64,000 bases of DNA, from IMG/VR virus record IMGVR_UViG_3300036885_000228, positions 30,368-94,367 of that record; one strand, written 5' to 3'. This document shows positions 39,155 through 47,816 of this stretch, piece by piece. Origin of the DNA: a virus. Lineage: Duplodnaviria > Heunggongvirae > Uroviricota > Caudoviricetes. The position numbers were made by a program, and so were the translations under genes. Under the pieces are notes generated by a model. It saw only the letters and a list, made by a program, of their open reading frames with translations, was not told where the DNA came from and did no database searches. The number at the start of each line of letters is the position of its first letter. Within the stretch, counting starts at the first letter, position 1.

Positions 39155-40876
39155 TTGATTTTCCTGAAAGTGATATTTAATTTTATGGTCACAACTGGAG
39201 ACACCTCAATATTTCGTCGATCTACAACTTTAGATGGTTGGACGACTGCAATGACTACATCCGGTTCAGTTACGAGTGATCAATATTCACTATATACTAG
39301 TTATGCAGTTGCTCAAGGAGTTTTTTCTAATACAATATTAGACCCGGTAAGTACAGAATCATCAAAACGAGAACATAAAGTCAATGTATTAAAGCAAAAG
39401 ATGATTGACTTTTATTCAAATCAATTTGTAAATATAGGATTTGATGACATTAAACCTGACATGATAGCAATGAAGAAATGGTTTTTGTTATACGTCTCAA
39501 ATAAAAAATTAGATAAAAAGAGGGAAGTGAAATTATATCAGACAATATTAAAGTCATTTGATTCAGAATATCGGAAGTATAAAAAAGCAAAGAATAGAAA
39601 AGTTAAAGCAGTTTGTAGAGATGAGATATTGAAACTTTTCGATTTTACAACTAGACTACCAAGTGGAATATTTATTAAAGAAGTAAAGAAAAGAGTTGTA
39701 GAGATAAAAAAGAAAATCAAAATACTTGAAACCGAGATTAGTTGCAATACAAATTTTTATGAAACGATTCTTTCATTGACCGGAAACCGACTAATTGAAT
39801 CATTCGGTCATGCAAAGAATGATGAGTTTGGGTTTTATTTTATTACTAAACCACTTGAATTAGTATATACCAATACGAAATTCGTAGAATCGAATGGTAA
39901 GTTAGGTCGATTTTTAATCCGTCTATCCTGCTATGGTGGTCGACATGATATTAAAATTATAAATTTGACACGAAAGCATATTACGGGAGGACATGAACAT
40001 TTTTGCATAATCGAGAATGTATGTTGGGGAGAGAATGGAGAGTATATTAGTAAAATTTTAGATTCGGGTAATTTGAATACTTTAATTATTTCAATTATTT
40101 CATTTTTAGAAACTCCAGCATATAAAAGCCCATACATGAACCCAATTGAAAGGTGGTTTAATGAAGCATCTACAATTCACTATACAAAATTATCTGACAT
40201 AATCAAAATAAATAGAATAGTCAAAAAAGATATAATTACATTTTACAATGGGGGTGAAAGACCGACAAGTACAAATTCGGGGCAATGTGTCGAAATGATT
40301 CAAGGGGCAAGAGATCTCATTGGGTCAACAATAACATCAGAAGGGCGAGTTTATCGAGAAATTTTCTATGAACAATATCGAGTAGTATTACGAGAAGGTC
40401 CGGAAATGTTTAACCACGCATTACAATCAATTTTTTCAAATATCATAAATATTGAGGCACCTCGTAGATTTTCAAGATTAAGAGAATTTGCAACCCCCGA
40501 TTCAGAACATTTACGAGTTGTTGATTATTTTATTTCAGTAATTGAGTCAATTGTTAGACAAATTTCAAATTTTTATCCAGATACTGATTATACATTTGTC
40601 TTTTCTGAGATACATCATTCATTTAGTGATTGGGCTTCCCGCGGATATCAATATATTACATTTGGGAATCTCGACCAAATAGGATTGACAACTGATGCAT
40701 ATGTAATTATATCGATGATACCGAGAGATGAATTCATTTCAATGTTTGGACACCAACTTGGACGATTAGGTCGTCAATTTATAAATCGACAACAGATGAA
40801 TACATCACCAGCAACTTTTCATCCAATGTATGACCAACAATTGCATGGAAGATTAAGAGGTGTCACAACAAATTAG
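39155..40876 (+). CDS. Large protein of unknown function between the Ubl and JAB genes (candidate E2-like/target/effector)
   Basis: 573-aa ORF with no recognised motif. A conserved-looking Cys/His segment ..HITGGHEHFCIIENVCWGENG... Its stop overlaps the JAB gene start. Confidence 0.45.
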   Translation: MIFLKVIFNFMVTTGDTSIFRRSTTLDGWTTAMTTSGSVTSDQYSLYTSYAVAQGVFSNTILDPVSTESSKREHKVNVLKQKMIDFYSNQFVNIGFDDIKPDMIAMKKWFLLYVSNKKLDKKREVKLYQTILKSFDSEYRKYKKAKNRKVKAVCRDEILKLFDFTTRLPSGIFIKEVKKRVVEIKKKIKILETEISCNTNFYETILSLTGNRLIESFGHAKNDEFGFYFITKPLELVYTNTKFVESNGKLGRFLIRLSCYGGRHDIKIINLTRKHITGGHEHFCIIENVCWGENGEYISKILDSGNLNTLIISIISFLETPAYKSPYMNPIERWFNEASTIHYTKLSDIIKINRIVKKDIITFYNGGERPTSTNSGQCVEMIQGARDLIGSTITSEGRVYREIFYEQYRVVLREGPEMFNHALQSIFSNIINIEAPRRFSRLREFATPDSEHLRVVDYFISVIESIVRQISNFYPDTDYTFVFSEIHHSFSDWASRGYQYITFGNLDQIGLTTDAYVIISMIPRDEFISMFGHQLGRLGRQFINRQQMNTSPATFHPMYDQQLHGRLRGVTTN

Positions 40877-41639
40877 TATGAATGAAATTCAACCAATTTT
40901 ATTTTTTGAACCGAAGACATTTCAAAAACTGTGGAATTATACGATATTCTGTGATACTGAAATTTCTGGAATGGGATTAGTACGAGAACTTTCACCGAAT
41001 ATTTTTTTATGTTATGATATTAAAATATATCAACAAACATGTTCACCAGTAATGACAAAGATCGAAAGTGAAGAACTAGCAAAATGTTATACACAATTAG
41101 TAAGAAGAGGAAAGGGACAAGAAAAGGACATGAACCTTTGGTGGCATTCACATAACACGATGGGAGTATTTTGGTCACCACGAGACAGAAGTGAAATTAG
41201 TGAATGGTCAAATTCAGGATATGGTATTTCATTAGTAGTAAATAAAAGAATGGAATATTTATGTCGAGTTGATATTTTTAAACCTTTACAAATAATAATT
41301 CCAGATATTAAAATTGAACAGAAGACAATAGAAGAATATGATGAAATATTAGCAGAAAAATGTAAGAAAGAAGTTAAAAATAAAGTAAATTATTTATGGA
41401 AATCAAAGATCAAGACAGATACCTTAGACAAAGTGATGTATTTACCCCACCAGATAGTAAATCAACGCAAATTTCCATTGTTGGATGTGGGGGAATTGGA
41501 AGTTGGACTGGATACGTTTTATCAAAACTTGGGATTGCCAATATCACCTTATTCGACTTTGACATTGTTGAATCAAAAAATCTCGCCTCCCAATTTTTCG
41601 ATACAACCGATATCGGGAAAAACAAAGCCATTGCCTTAG
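40860..41639 (+). CDS. JAB/MPN (JAMM) metallopeptidase
   Basis: ..CDTEISGMGLV.. (upstream Glu), then WWHSHNTMGVFWSPRD, which is an exact H-x-H-x7-S-x2-D JAMM motif. The 3' 244 nt overlap the E1 gene in another frame. Confidence 0.7.
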   Translation: MSQQISMNEIQPILFFEPKTFQKLWNYTIFCDTEISGMGLVRELSPNIFLCYDIKIYQQTCSPVMTKIESEELAKCYTQLVRRGKGQEKDMNLWWHSHNTMGVFWSPRDRSEISEWSNSGYGISLVVNKRMEYLCRVDIFKPLQIIIPDIKIEQKTIEEYDEILAEKCKKEVKNKVNYLWKSKIKTDTLDKVMYLPHQIVNQRKFPLLDVGELEVGLDTFYQNLGLPISPYSTLTLLNQKISPPNFSIQPISGKTKPLP

Positions 41640-42055
41640 GTAAGAAATTAAGAAAGAATGGGACATTTGTAGTTTCAGTTGCTGCAGAATATGACATGAC
41701 TGGAAATGAAGACATTTTAATTGTTGCAGTTGACAGTATAAAAATAAGAAAGAACATAGCAAAGAAGTTAATCAAAAATGATCATTGGCCAAAGTACATC
41801 ATTGATGGTAGAATGGGATTGGAACAAATGGAAATATATACATATAGATCCCCAATGACCTGGTTGAATGATTTACCAGATGAAAATAATGTAGACCATG
41901 AACCTTGTACTGCTAAAGCAATTGCATATAATACATCAGTAATTGGTGGATTGATATCTAGCATCATTAAAAAGATAATAAAAGGTGAGAAATTTCCACA
42001 GAGTATCATATTTGATTTGATTACATATACAGCAATTATTCAGTCTGAATCTTAA
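41396..42055 (+). CDS. E1-like activating enzyme (ThiF/MoeB/HesA family)
   Basis: N-terminal RYLRQ. ..ISIVGCGGIGSWTGYVLSKLGIANITLFDFDIVESKNLASQFF.. fits the Rossmann GxGxxG plus D.D.V..SNL.RQ-like motif. Confidence 0.7.
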   Translation: MEIKDQDRYLRQSDVFTPPDSKSTQISIVGCGGIGSWTGYVLSKLGIANITLFDFDIVESKNLASQFFDTTDIGKNKAIALGKKLRKNGTFVVSVAAEYDMTGNEDILIVAVDSIKIRKNIAKKLIKNDHWPKYIIDGRMGLEQMEIYTYRSPMTWLNDLPDENNVDHEPCTAKAIAYNTSVIGGLISSIIKKIIKGEKFPQSIIFDLITYTAIIQSES

Positions 42056-42128
42056 TATTTATAAATGTTTGTAAAATTGAAGATTTCATTTAGTTGAATT
42101 TGTTTAATATTAGATAAGAACTGGCCTA

Positions 42129-42157
42129 TTTACAAACCTTTACAAATGTGTTATAAT
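42129..42157 (+). promoter_or_regulatory. Promoter TTTACA-N17-TATAAT inside conserved element copy C
   Basis: TTTACA 42129-42134, TATAAT 42152-42157. Element C spans about 42055-42168. Confidence 0.6.
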
Positions 42158-42203
42158 GATTATAGGTAGTTCATTGACAACTGAATAGAGCTTATAAAAA
42201 TGT

Positions 42204-42917
42204 ATGGTCATTAAAAATTCTACACCTTGGTCAACTTCAGACATAAAAGCGGTTTTCCGCAGATGTGTCAAAGAAGTTGAGAAGGTAAGGCGGCCAAAAC
42301 TTCCATTTCATAGGAAGAACAAACATTTCAAACTTGACATTCTAAATGGAACTCATTGGAGTGGTCGAGCAACGGTAAATGGCTATTGGATAATGGCAAG
42401 AATTCCACGAGAATGGAGTATTAAACGAGAGATGCCATCTAAACCAAATGAGATTGATTTAGAAAATAAATACAATGTCTATTGGGTAGATGGAAAGAAC
42501 TCTTCGTCAGCAATGAGAATACCATTTGGTCAGGAGGAAGATATCAAAAATTATCCAAGTTATTGGCCAATTGTTGGAAATGAGAATGAAATTTCTTATG
42601 ATAACAAAGTGCAATTTGCAAGAATTCTCATTCATGAATATTTTCATTCAATTGGGTATGGTTATGAAGATATCGATCATCATAATTATGCGCATGACTT
42701 TACTAATAAATGGAATGTTGATTGGATAAAAGAATATCCAATACGAATCAAAGAAAAACAAAAAGGAAAGACCACTGATGAAAAATTTCAGTTAAAGTAT
42801 GATCGTGCAGTTGTTAATTTTAGGAGATCTGAAACTCGTCTAAAACGAGCAAAGACTATTTTTAACAAATGGCAACGAAAGGTCTCATATTACGAGACAA
42901 AAGTAGGTAAGAAATAA
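42204..42917 (+). CDS. Putative zinc metallopeptidase (HExxH)
   Basis: ..ARILIHEYFHSIGYGYEDIDHH.. has an HEYFH motif with downstream His residues. Confidence 0.45.
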   Translation: MVIKNSTPWSTSDIKAVFRRCVKEVEKVRRPKLPFHRKNKHFKLDILNGTHWSGRATVNGYWIMARIPREWSIKREMPSKPNEIDLENKYNVYWVDGKNSSSAMRIPFGQEEDIKNYPSYWPIVGNENEISYDNKVQFARILIHEYFHSIGYGYEDIDHHNYAHDFTNKWNVDWIKEYPIRIKEKQKGKTTDEKFQLKYDRAVVNFRRSETRLKRAKTIFNKWQRKVSYYETKVGKK

Positions 42918-42977
42918 TTTAATTATTGCTCTATTCAGTTATAAGTGAATTACTTATAATTAATTAATGAAAAATGT

Positions 42978-43625
42978 ATGAAACAAAGTATTAAACGAGA
43001 ATTAATTGCAATAGTAATTGCGATTATAGTTGCTACTATTCTTAGTGGGATTGGATATATAGCAATAAAATTGAGTCTGAACCATTGGGCAGAAAATCAA
43101 AAGTCAGTTGTGAATTATGTCAATGGATTTACTCATATTTATAAAGGTCAAACGTTAAGTCCTGAAAATTATCCTAATGCAATTATTAAACTTTCCCGTA
43201 GAGCATCTTATCTTCACGAAAGTGAATATCTTTCACTTCCTGCTGCAGTAGCAATTGAAACAATGATTAAAGATGCAGAGCAAGATGGAATGTGTTTAGT
43301 TGTAATGTCAGGATATAGAAGTGCTAAAAGTCAAGAAAAATTATATGAAGAAACTGGTGATAAATCAAAAGTAGCTTTACCAGGTCAAAGTGAACATCAA
43401 ACCGGACTTGCAGTTGACTTTGGTGGATGTCCTATGAAGAATGGAGTTCGAAATGATTCAGTTGAAAGACATGAACTTGTAAATGATTTTAGTACTTTAC
43501 CTGAATATAAATGGTTGCAAGACAATGCATCAAAATATGGATTTGAGCAAAGTTTTACTGCTAGTAATACTGCAGAAACCGGTTATGCAAATGAACCTTG
43601 GCATTTTAAATTAATTCTACATTAA
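42978..43625 (+). CDS. Peptidase M15 (VanY/L-Ala-D-Glu peptidase-like) cell-wall hydrolase with N-terminal transmembrane anchor; candidate endolysin
   Basis: N-terminal TM helix (LIAIVIAIIVATILSGIGYIAI). ..VMSGYRS...Q.. then GQSEHQTGLAVDF and EPWHF match M15 motifs (SxHxxGxAxD, EWWH). Confidence 0.65.
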   Translation: MKQSIKRELIAIVIAIIVATILSGIGYIAIKLSLNHWAENQKSVVNYVNGFTHIYKGQTLSPENYPNAIIKLSRRASYLHESEYLSLPAAVAIETMIKDAEQDGMCLVVMSGYRSAKSQEKLYEETGDKSKVALPGQSEHQTGLAVDFGGCPMKNGVRNDSVERHELVNDFSTLPEYKWLQDNASKYGFEQSFTASNTAETGYANEPWHFKLILH

Positions 43626-43626
43626 T

Positions 43627-43854
43627 ATGCACAAATTATTCAGATTGATTGATGCGATGATAAATCCTTATAGTAAGAATAAGCATCTTTTAATTACTAA
43701 AATTTACGAAATGACAGAAAACGAACGAATTTACTTAAGAACATTTCCACATAATTGTCCAGTCAATGAAAAAACTGCAGATGGATTATACGTCGGAAGA
43801 TGTTTGTTTCATTTAAAAGATGGAATTTGTTCACGTCATGGAATATTAAAATAA
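43627..43854 (+). CDS. Hypothetical Cys-containing protein
   Basis: 75-aa ORF. Confidence 0.35.
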   Translation: MHKLFRLIDAMINPYSKNKHLLITKIYEMTENERIYLRTFPHNCPVNEKTADGLYVGRCLFHLKDGICSRHGILK

Positions 43855-43871
43855 ATAATTTGAGAATAGAT

Positions 43872-43973
43872 ATGAAATTCAATAAAGAAGCTACAGATAA
43901 TCAAATACTTTTTGCAATATTATTTGGGTTATTTTGTGTTGCTGTAGTTATTATTGCAATATTAATTAATTAA
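43872..43973 (+). CDS. Small TM peptide (33 aa), holin/antiholin-like candidate
   Basis: MKFNKEATDNQILFAILFGLFCVAVVIIAILIN. Lies between the lysin and the SPFH gene. Confidence 0.25.
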   Translation: MKFNKEATDNQILFAILFGLFCVAVVIIAILIN

Positions 43974-43986
43974 CATAACAAAACTT

Positions 43987-44784
43987 ATGGAGACAAAAAG
44001 TTTAGTTAAGTTGATTATTGGTGGAATTATCGGCATTTTTCTACTGGTAGTCATCTTTAGTTCGTTTGCTATTGTCAATGCTGGCGAAAGAGGTGTCGTC
44101 TTGAATTGGGGAGCAGTTTCTCAAGATGTAAGAGGTGAGGGATTACATTGGTTGATTCCCTTCAAACAGTCGATGAAGATAGTCGATGTCAAGAACATTA
44201 AGATTGAAACGAAGACTCAATCATATTCAAAAGACATTCAGACAGTGGATGTTTCTTTGGCTTTAAATTATAATGTTAAGCCAGATTTAGCAGCAAAGAT
44301 ATATCAAGAAGTTGGTACGACTTATCAATCAACGATTATCGATCCTGCAATTCAAGAAAGTGTTAAAGCTGCAGTTGCATTATTTACTGCTCAGGAACTG
44401 ATTGAACAAAGACCAAAGGTTAAAGATGCGATTACTCTAGAATTGACTAATCGGTTGAGCAATTATTTTGTTGTTAGCCAGTTCTCAATCACTGATTTCT
44501 CATTTTCTAATGAGTATGAAAAAGCAGTAGAAGCTAAACAGGTTGCTCAACAGAAAGCATTGGAACAAGAAAATATTACAAAGCAAGTAGAAGAACAGAA
44601 AAAGCAGACTATTCTTGCAGCTCAAGCTCAAGCAGAAGCAATTAAAATTCAAGCAGAAGCTATCACTCAGCAAGGTGGTGCAGATTATGTCAAATTACAG
44701 GCAATTAATAAGTGGAATGGAATCTTACCGACACAATTCGTTCCTGGAAGTGCTATTCCTTTTCTGGATTTGACTACAAAATAA
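43987..44784 (+). CDS. SPFH/Band-7 (prohibitin/HflC-like) membrane protein
   Basis: N-terminal TM helix, then ..AIVNAGERGVVLNWGAVSQDVRGEGLHWLIPF.. and a C-terminal coiled coil. Typical of the SPFH domain. Confidence 0.65.
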   Translation: METKSLVKLIIGGIIGIFLLVVIFSSFAIVNAGERGVVLNWGAVSQDVRGEGLHWLIPFKQSMKIVDVKNIKIETKTQSYSKDIQTVDVSLALNYNVKPDLAAKIYQEVGTTYQSTIIDPAIQESVKAAVALFTAQELIEQRPKVKDAITLELTNRLSNYFVVSQFSITDFSFSNEYEKAVEAKQVAQQKALEQENITKQVEEQKKQTILAAQAQAEAIKIQAEAITQQGGADYVKLQAINKWNGILPTQFVPGSAIPFLDLTTK

Positions 44785-44839
44785 TTTGAGATTTTACTGG
44801 CAAGTTCTATGACTTGCCTAATAAGCTCTTAAAGACATT

Positions 44840-45364
44840 ATGAATGACGAAATAAAAGAGATTCTCAAATTTAGCAATTGGATTGAGCGTGAATATTCAA
44901 AAGAAGCATTAGAAGATGCTTTACGTGCTTGGAAATATGCTAAAGCAAACATTGACAACATTAGTCTTGATTACATTTTGAAGATACATTATCTATTGAT
45001 GAGACGTATTCGACCAGATATTGCTGGAAAAATACGACACTGTGATGTATGGATCGGTGGACATCCAAAAATATTTGTCTCTGAATATTTGATCAAGACA
45101 GATTTGATGATAAGAGTATGTTATGAGATGTTAGCAAAAGGATGTACAACAATTGAACAGAAAGAAGAAAAAACTAAAGAGATACATAAAGATTTTGAGT
45201 CAGTTCACCCATTCGAAGATGGCAATGGTAGAGTTGGAAGAATACTTTACCAAATCCACCGAATTAAACTTGGACTCAAACCAAAAATGATTACAGGTCC
45301 TGCACAAGGAAAAGAAATGACAAAGGACCAACTTGAATATTACAAATGGTTTTCTAATTTTTGA
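44840..45364 (+). CDS. Fic/Doc-family protein
   Basis: HPFEDGNGRVGRIL matches the canonical Fic motif HPFx(D/E)GNGR. Confidence 0.75.
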   Translation: MNDEIKEILKFSNWIEREYSKEALEDALRAWKYAKANIDNISLDYILKIHYLLMRRIRPDIAGKIRHCDVWIGGHPKIFVSEYLIKTDLMIRVCYEMLAKGCTTIEQKEEKTKEIHKDFESVHPFEDGNGRVGRILYQIHRIKLGLKPKMITGPAQGKEMTKDQLEYYKWFSNF

Positions 45365-45411
45365 TGTTATATTTAAATGAAGTTGTTAACTTTTCATTAA
45401 CATTTTTATAG

Positions 45412-45440
45412 TTTACAATAGTATTCAAATTTGATATAAT
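45412..45440 (+). promoter_or_regulatory. Promoter TTTACA-N17-TATAAT
   Basis: TTTACA 45412-45417, TATAAT 45435-45440. Preceded by the GTTGTTAACTTTTCATTAACA box. Confidence 0.55.
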
Positions 45441-45447
45441 AAATTAT

Positions 45448-45954
45448 ATGATAATATTCATTGAAGGCCCAGACGGGTCAGGAAAAACCGAATTAGTCAA
45501 CCGACTAAATCGAGGAGGATATGGACCAATTGTTCGACTACCTAAATCTCAGGAATTTTTCAAAAAAGGAAATATTGAAGAAGCTTCTTGGATTTTCAAT
45601 AACACAATCGGTCAACTAATTAGTAAATGTAATTTTATTGTTGATAGAGGTTATTTTTCTAGTTTAGTTTATTCAAAAATCTATAAACGAAAGACTGATT
45701 TATCTTATATTTGGGATATACATAAGAAATTAAAACCAATTATTATTTTTTTAGATGCTAAAGATTCAATTTTATTTGAACGCCGGCCAATTGATGCAGT
45801 AATAAAATCGAAGGAACGATTGAGAGTCAGTAATGAATATCGGAAAATGTATAATAAATTGAAAGCTAAAAAATTCAATTGTATTTATCGGATTGATACA
45901 TCAAAGTTGTCACCTCTTGAAGTTTATCAAAAAGCAACTAAATTTATTTGGTAA
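45448..45954 (+). CDS. dNMP/thymidylate-kinase-like P-loop kinase
   Basis: MIIFIEGPDGSGKTELVNRL is the TMK-type P-loop. Confidence 0.6.
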   Translation: MIIFIEGPDGSGKTELVNRLNRGGYGPIVRLPKSQEFFKKGNIEEASWIFNNTIGQLISKCNFIVDRGYFSSLVYSKIYKRKTDLSYIWDIHKKLKPIIIFLDAKDSILFERRPIDAVIKSKERLRVSNEYRKMYNKLKAKKFNCIYRIDTSKLSPLEVYQKATKFIW

Positions 45955-45958
45955 AATT

Positions 45959-46858
45959 ATGTCAAAATTCGTGATCGGTGGTGGTATTTCTGGCCTTATC
46001 TTTTCATATTATAATCCCAATTTTACAATTGTCTCTCCTGACATTGGAGGTCAATTGTCAAATGGTGTTTATAATATGACATGGATGCATCGGACACCTG
46101 AAACAGAAGGATTAGTAAAAGATTTAGGATTTGATTATGAGGTACACAAGACTCAAATAGGTTATTATTCAAATGGAGAAGTCTTTGACATATGTTCTCC
46201 CGAAATGAATTCGAGAATAATCAAAAGGAAAATGTCAGTATGGAATGATCTCGATAATAGATTTCAGATTTCAGATATGACATTGTCAGTTCCAGAAAAT
46301 TTTATTGATACAATTAAAATTGATTTTTCAAAAGTTATTGATGCAATGAAAAACAAAGTAAAGTATATTGAAGATAAGATTATGTCAATTTATCCTGATA
46401 AGATTAGAGGTCAGAATAATGATTACAATTACGATGAATTAATTTCGACTATCCCAGCAAATTTGTTCTGGTTGATATTTGATGGTATAACTATTAAACC
46501 ACTACTTAATTCTATCCCAGTGACATTCGTAGTGACAAAAAATCCTCCAGTCTGGTATAATAGTCGGTTCGAGATGATTTATATTTCAGATTTACAATTT
46601 TATACAAGAGTCTCAAAACGTGACAATGATTTCGTTTATGAATTCACTGGAGTGATGCCGAAAGAGGTATTTGAGAAATTATATCCTGATAGTAAGATTG
46701 ACAAATATTTCATTAACAGAACTGGAAGAATTATCACTTCTGAAAATAAACCACCTCAGGATAATATTCATTTTCTTGGGAGATTTGCCCAATGGTCGCA
46801 CCCGTCAAAAATACAAGATGTAATACGTTTTTCAAAAGATTATAAACTTAATAAATGA
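45959..46858 (+). CDS. UDP-galactopyranose-mutase-like FAD-dependent enzyme
   Basis: MSKFVIGGGISGL (GxGxxG). ..IGGQLSN..YNMTWMHRT.. and the C-terminal ..NIHFLGRFAQWSHPSKIQDVI.. parallel the Glf patterns (..IGGN.., ..NI.F.GR..Y.Y.DMD..I..). The ORF-track start 45893 overlaps the previous gene. Confidence 0.5.
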   Translation: MSKFVIGGGISGLIFSYYNPNFTIVSPDIGGQLSNGVYNMTWMHRTPETEGLVKDLGFDYEVHKTQIGYYSNGEVFDICSPEMNSRIIKRKMSVWNDLDNRFQISDMTLSVPENFIDTIKIDFSKVIDAMKNKVKYIEDKIMSIYPDKIRGQNNDYNYDELISTIPANLFWLIFDGITIKPLLNSIPVTFVVTKNPPVWYNSRFEMIYISDLQFYTRVSKRDNDFVYEFTGVMPKEVFEKLYPDSKIDKYFINRTGRIITSENKPPQDNIHFLGRFAQWSHPSKIQDVIRFSKDYKLNK

Positions 46859-46862
46859 TACT

Positions 46863-47816
46863 ATGTTACTTATTACTGGAGCATCGGGAATGATAGGCAC
46901 TTCATTTTGTGAAAAGTTATTAGAGTTAGGAATTGATTTCATAGGATTAGATAAGGTTCATAATCAATGGAATTCTGATGTAGATTCAAAAACTGCAATT
47001 ATTGATCTACTAAATGACTATCAAGTCAAATATTTTGTTGAAGGATTGAAAACTCAAAAGATTGATTTGATTGTACATTTGGCAGCAAATGCAAGAGTAA
47101 TTCCAGTAGTTCGGGATACTGCATTAGGGGTTCATAATTGCATGATGACAAATCAGGTTTATTGGATTGCTAGAGAATTGGGAATCAGAAGAATCTTTTT
47201 TGCATCTTCAAGAGAAGTATATGGTAATGAATTATTATCGACAAAAGGAGATTTACGTGAAAGTTTTGCTAAACATACTGATTGTTCAAATCAGTATGCT
47301 GCAAGTAAGATTTACGGAGAAGCATTAGCAAATGCATATCATACAACAGATGGAATTGATTCAATTATAGGAAGATTTTCGAATGTCTATGGACAATATG
47401 ATATGTCAGATAGATTTGTACCATTGATGATTAAAAGGTTATTGAAAAATGAAGATATTACAATCTATGGTGGGAAAGAAAAGTCTATGGACTTCACGTA
47501 TATTTCCGACACTGTCAATGGTATGATTATTCTATGTAAAGACTTTGACAAATTCAAAATGCAAGAAAAGGAAACTGGAATCTATAATATTTCATCTGGA
47601 AAAACATCAAGTTTATTTTCTGCAGCAGAATACTTAAAGAAAGAATTAAGGAGTAAATCAAAAATCATATTAGCAGAAAACCGAAAAGGAGAACCTATGT
47701 TCTATTGTGCAAATATTACAAAATCAAAATCAATAGGATATGAACCTAAGATTGAATTACGAGAAGGATTGACTAAATCATTAATTTACTATAGAAAACA
47801 ATATGCCTCACAATGA
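46863..47816 (+). CDS. NAD-dependent epimerase/dehydratase (SDR family)
   Basis: LLITGASGMIGTSFCEKLLELG Rossmann motif. YAASK (YxxxK). Confidence 0.7.
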   Translation: MLLITGASGMIGTSFCEKLLELGIDFIGLDKVHNQWNSDVDSKTAIIDLLNDYQVKYFVEGLKTQKIDLIVHLAANARVIPVVRDTALGVHNCMMTNQVYWIARELGIRRIFFASSREVYGNELLSTKGDLRESFAKHTDCSNQYAASKIYGEALANAYHTTDGIDSIIGRFSNVYGQYDMSDRFVPLMIKRLLKNEDITIYGGKEKSMDFTYISDTVNGMIILCKDFDKFKMQEKETGIYNISSGKTSSLFSAAEYLKKELRSKSKIILAENRKGEPMFYCANITKSKSIGYEPKIELREGLTKSLIYYRKQYASQ

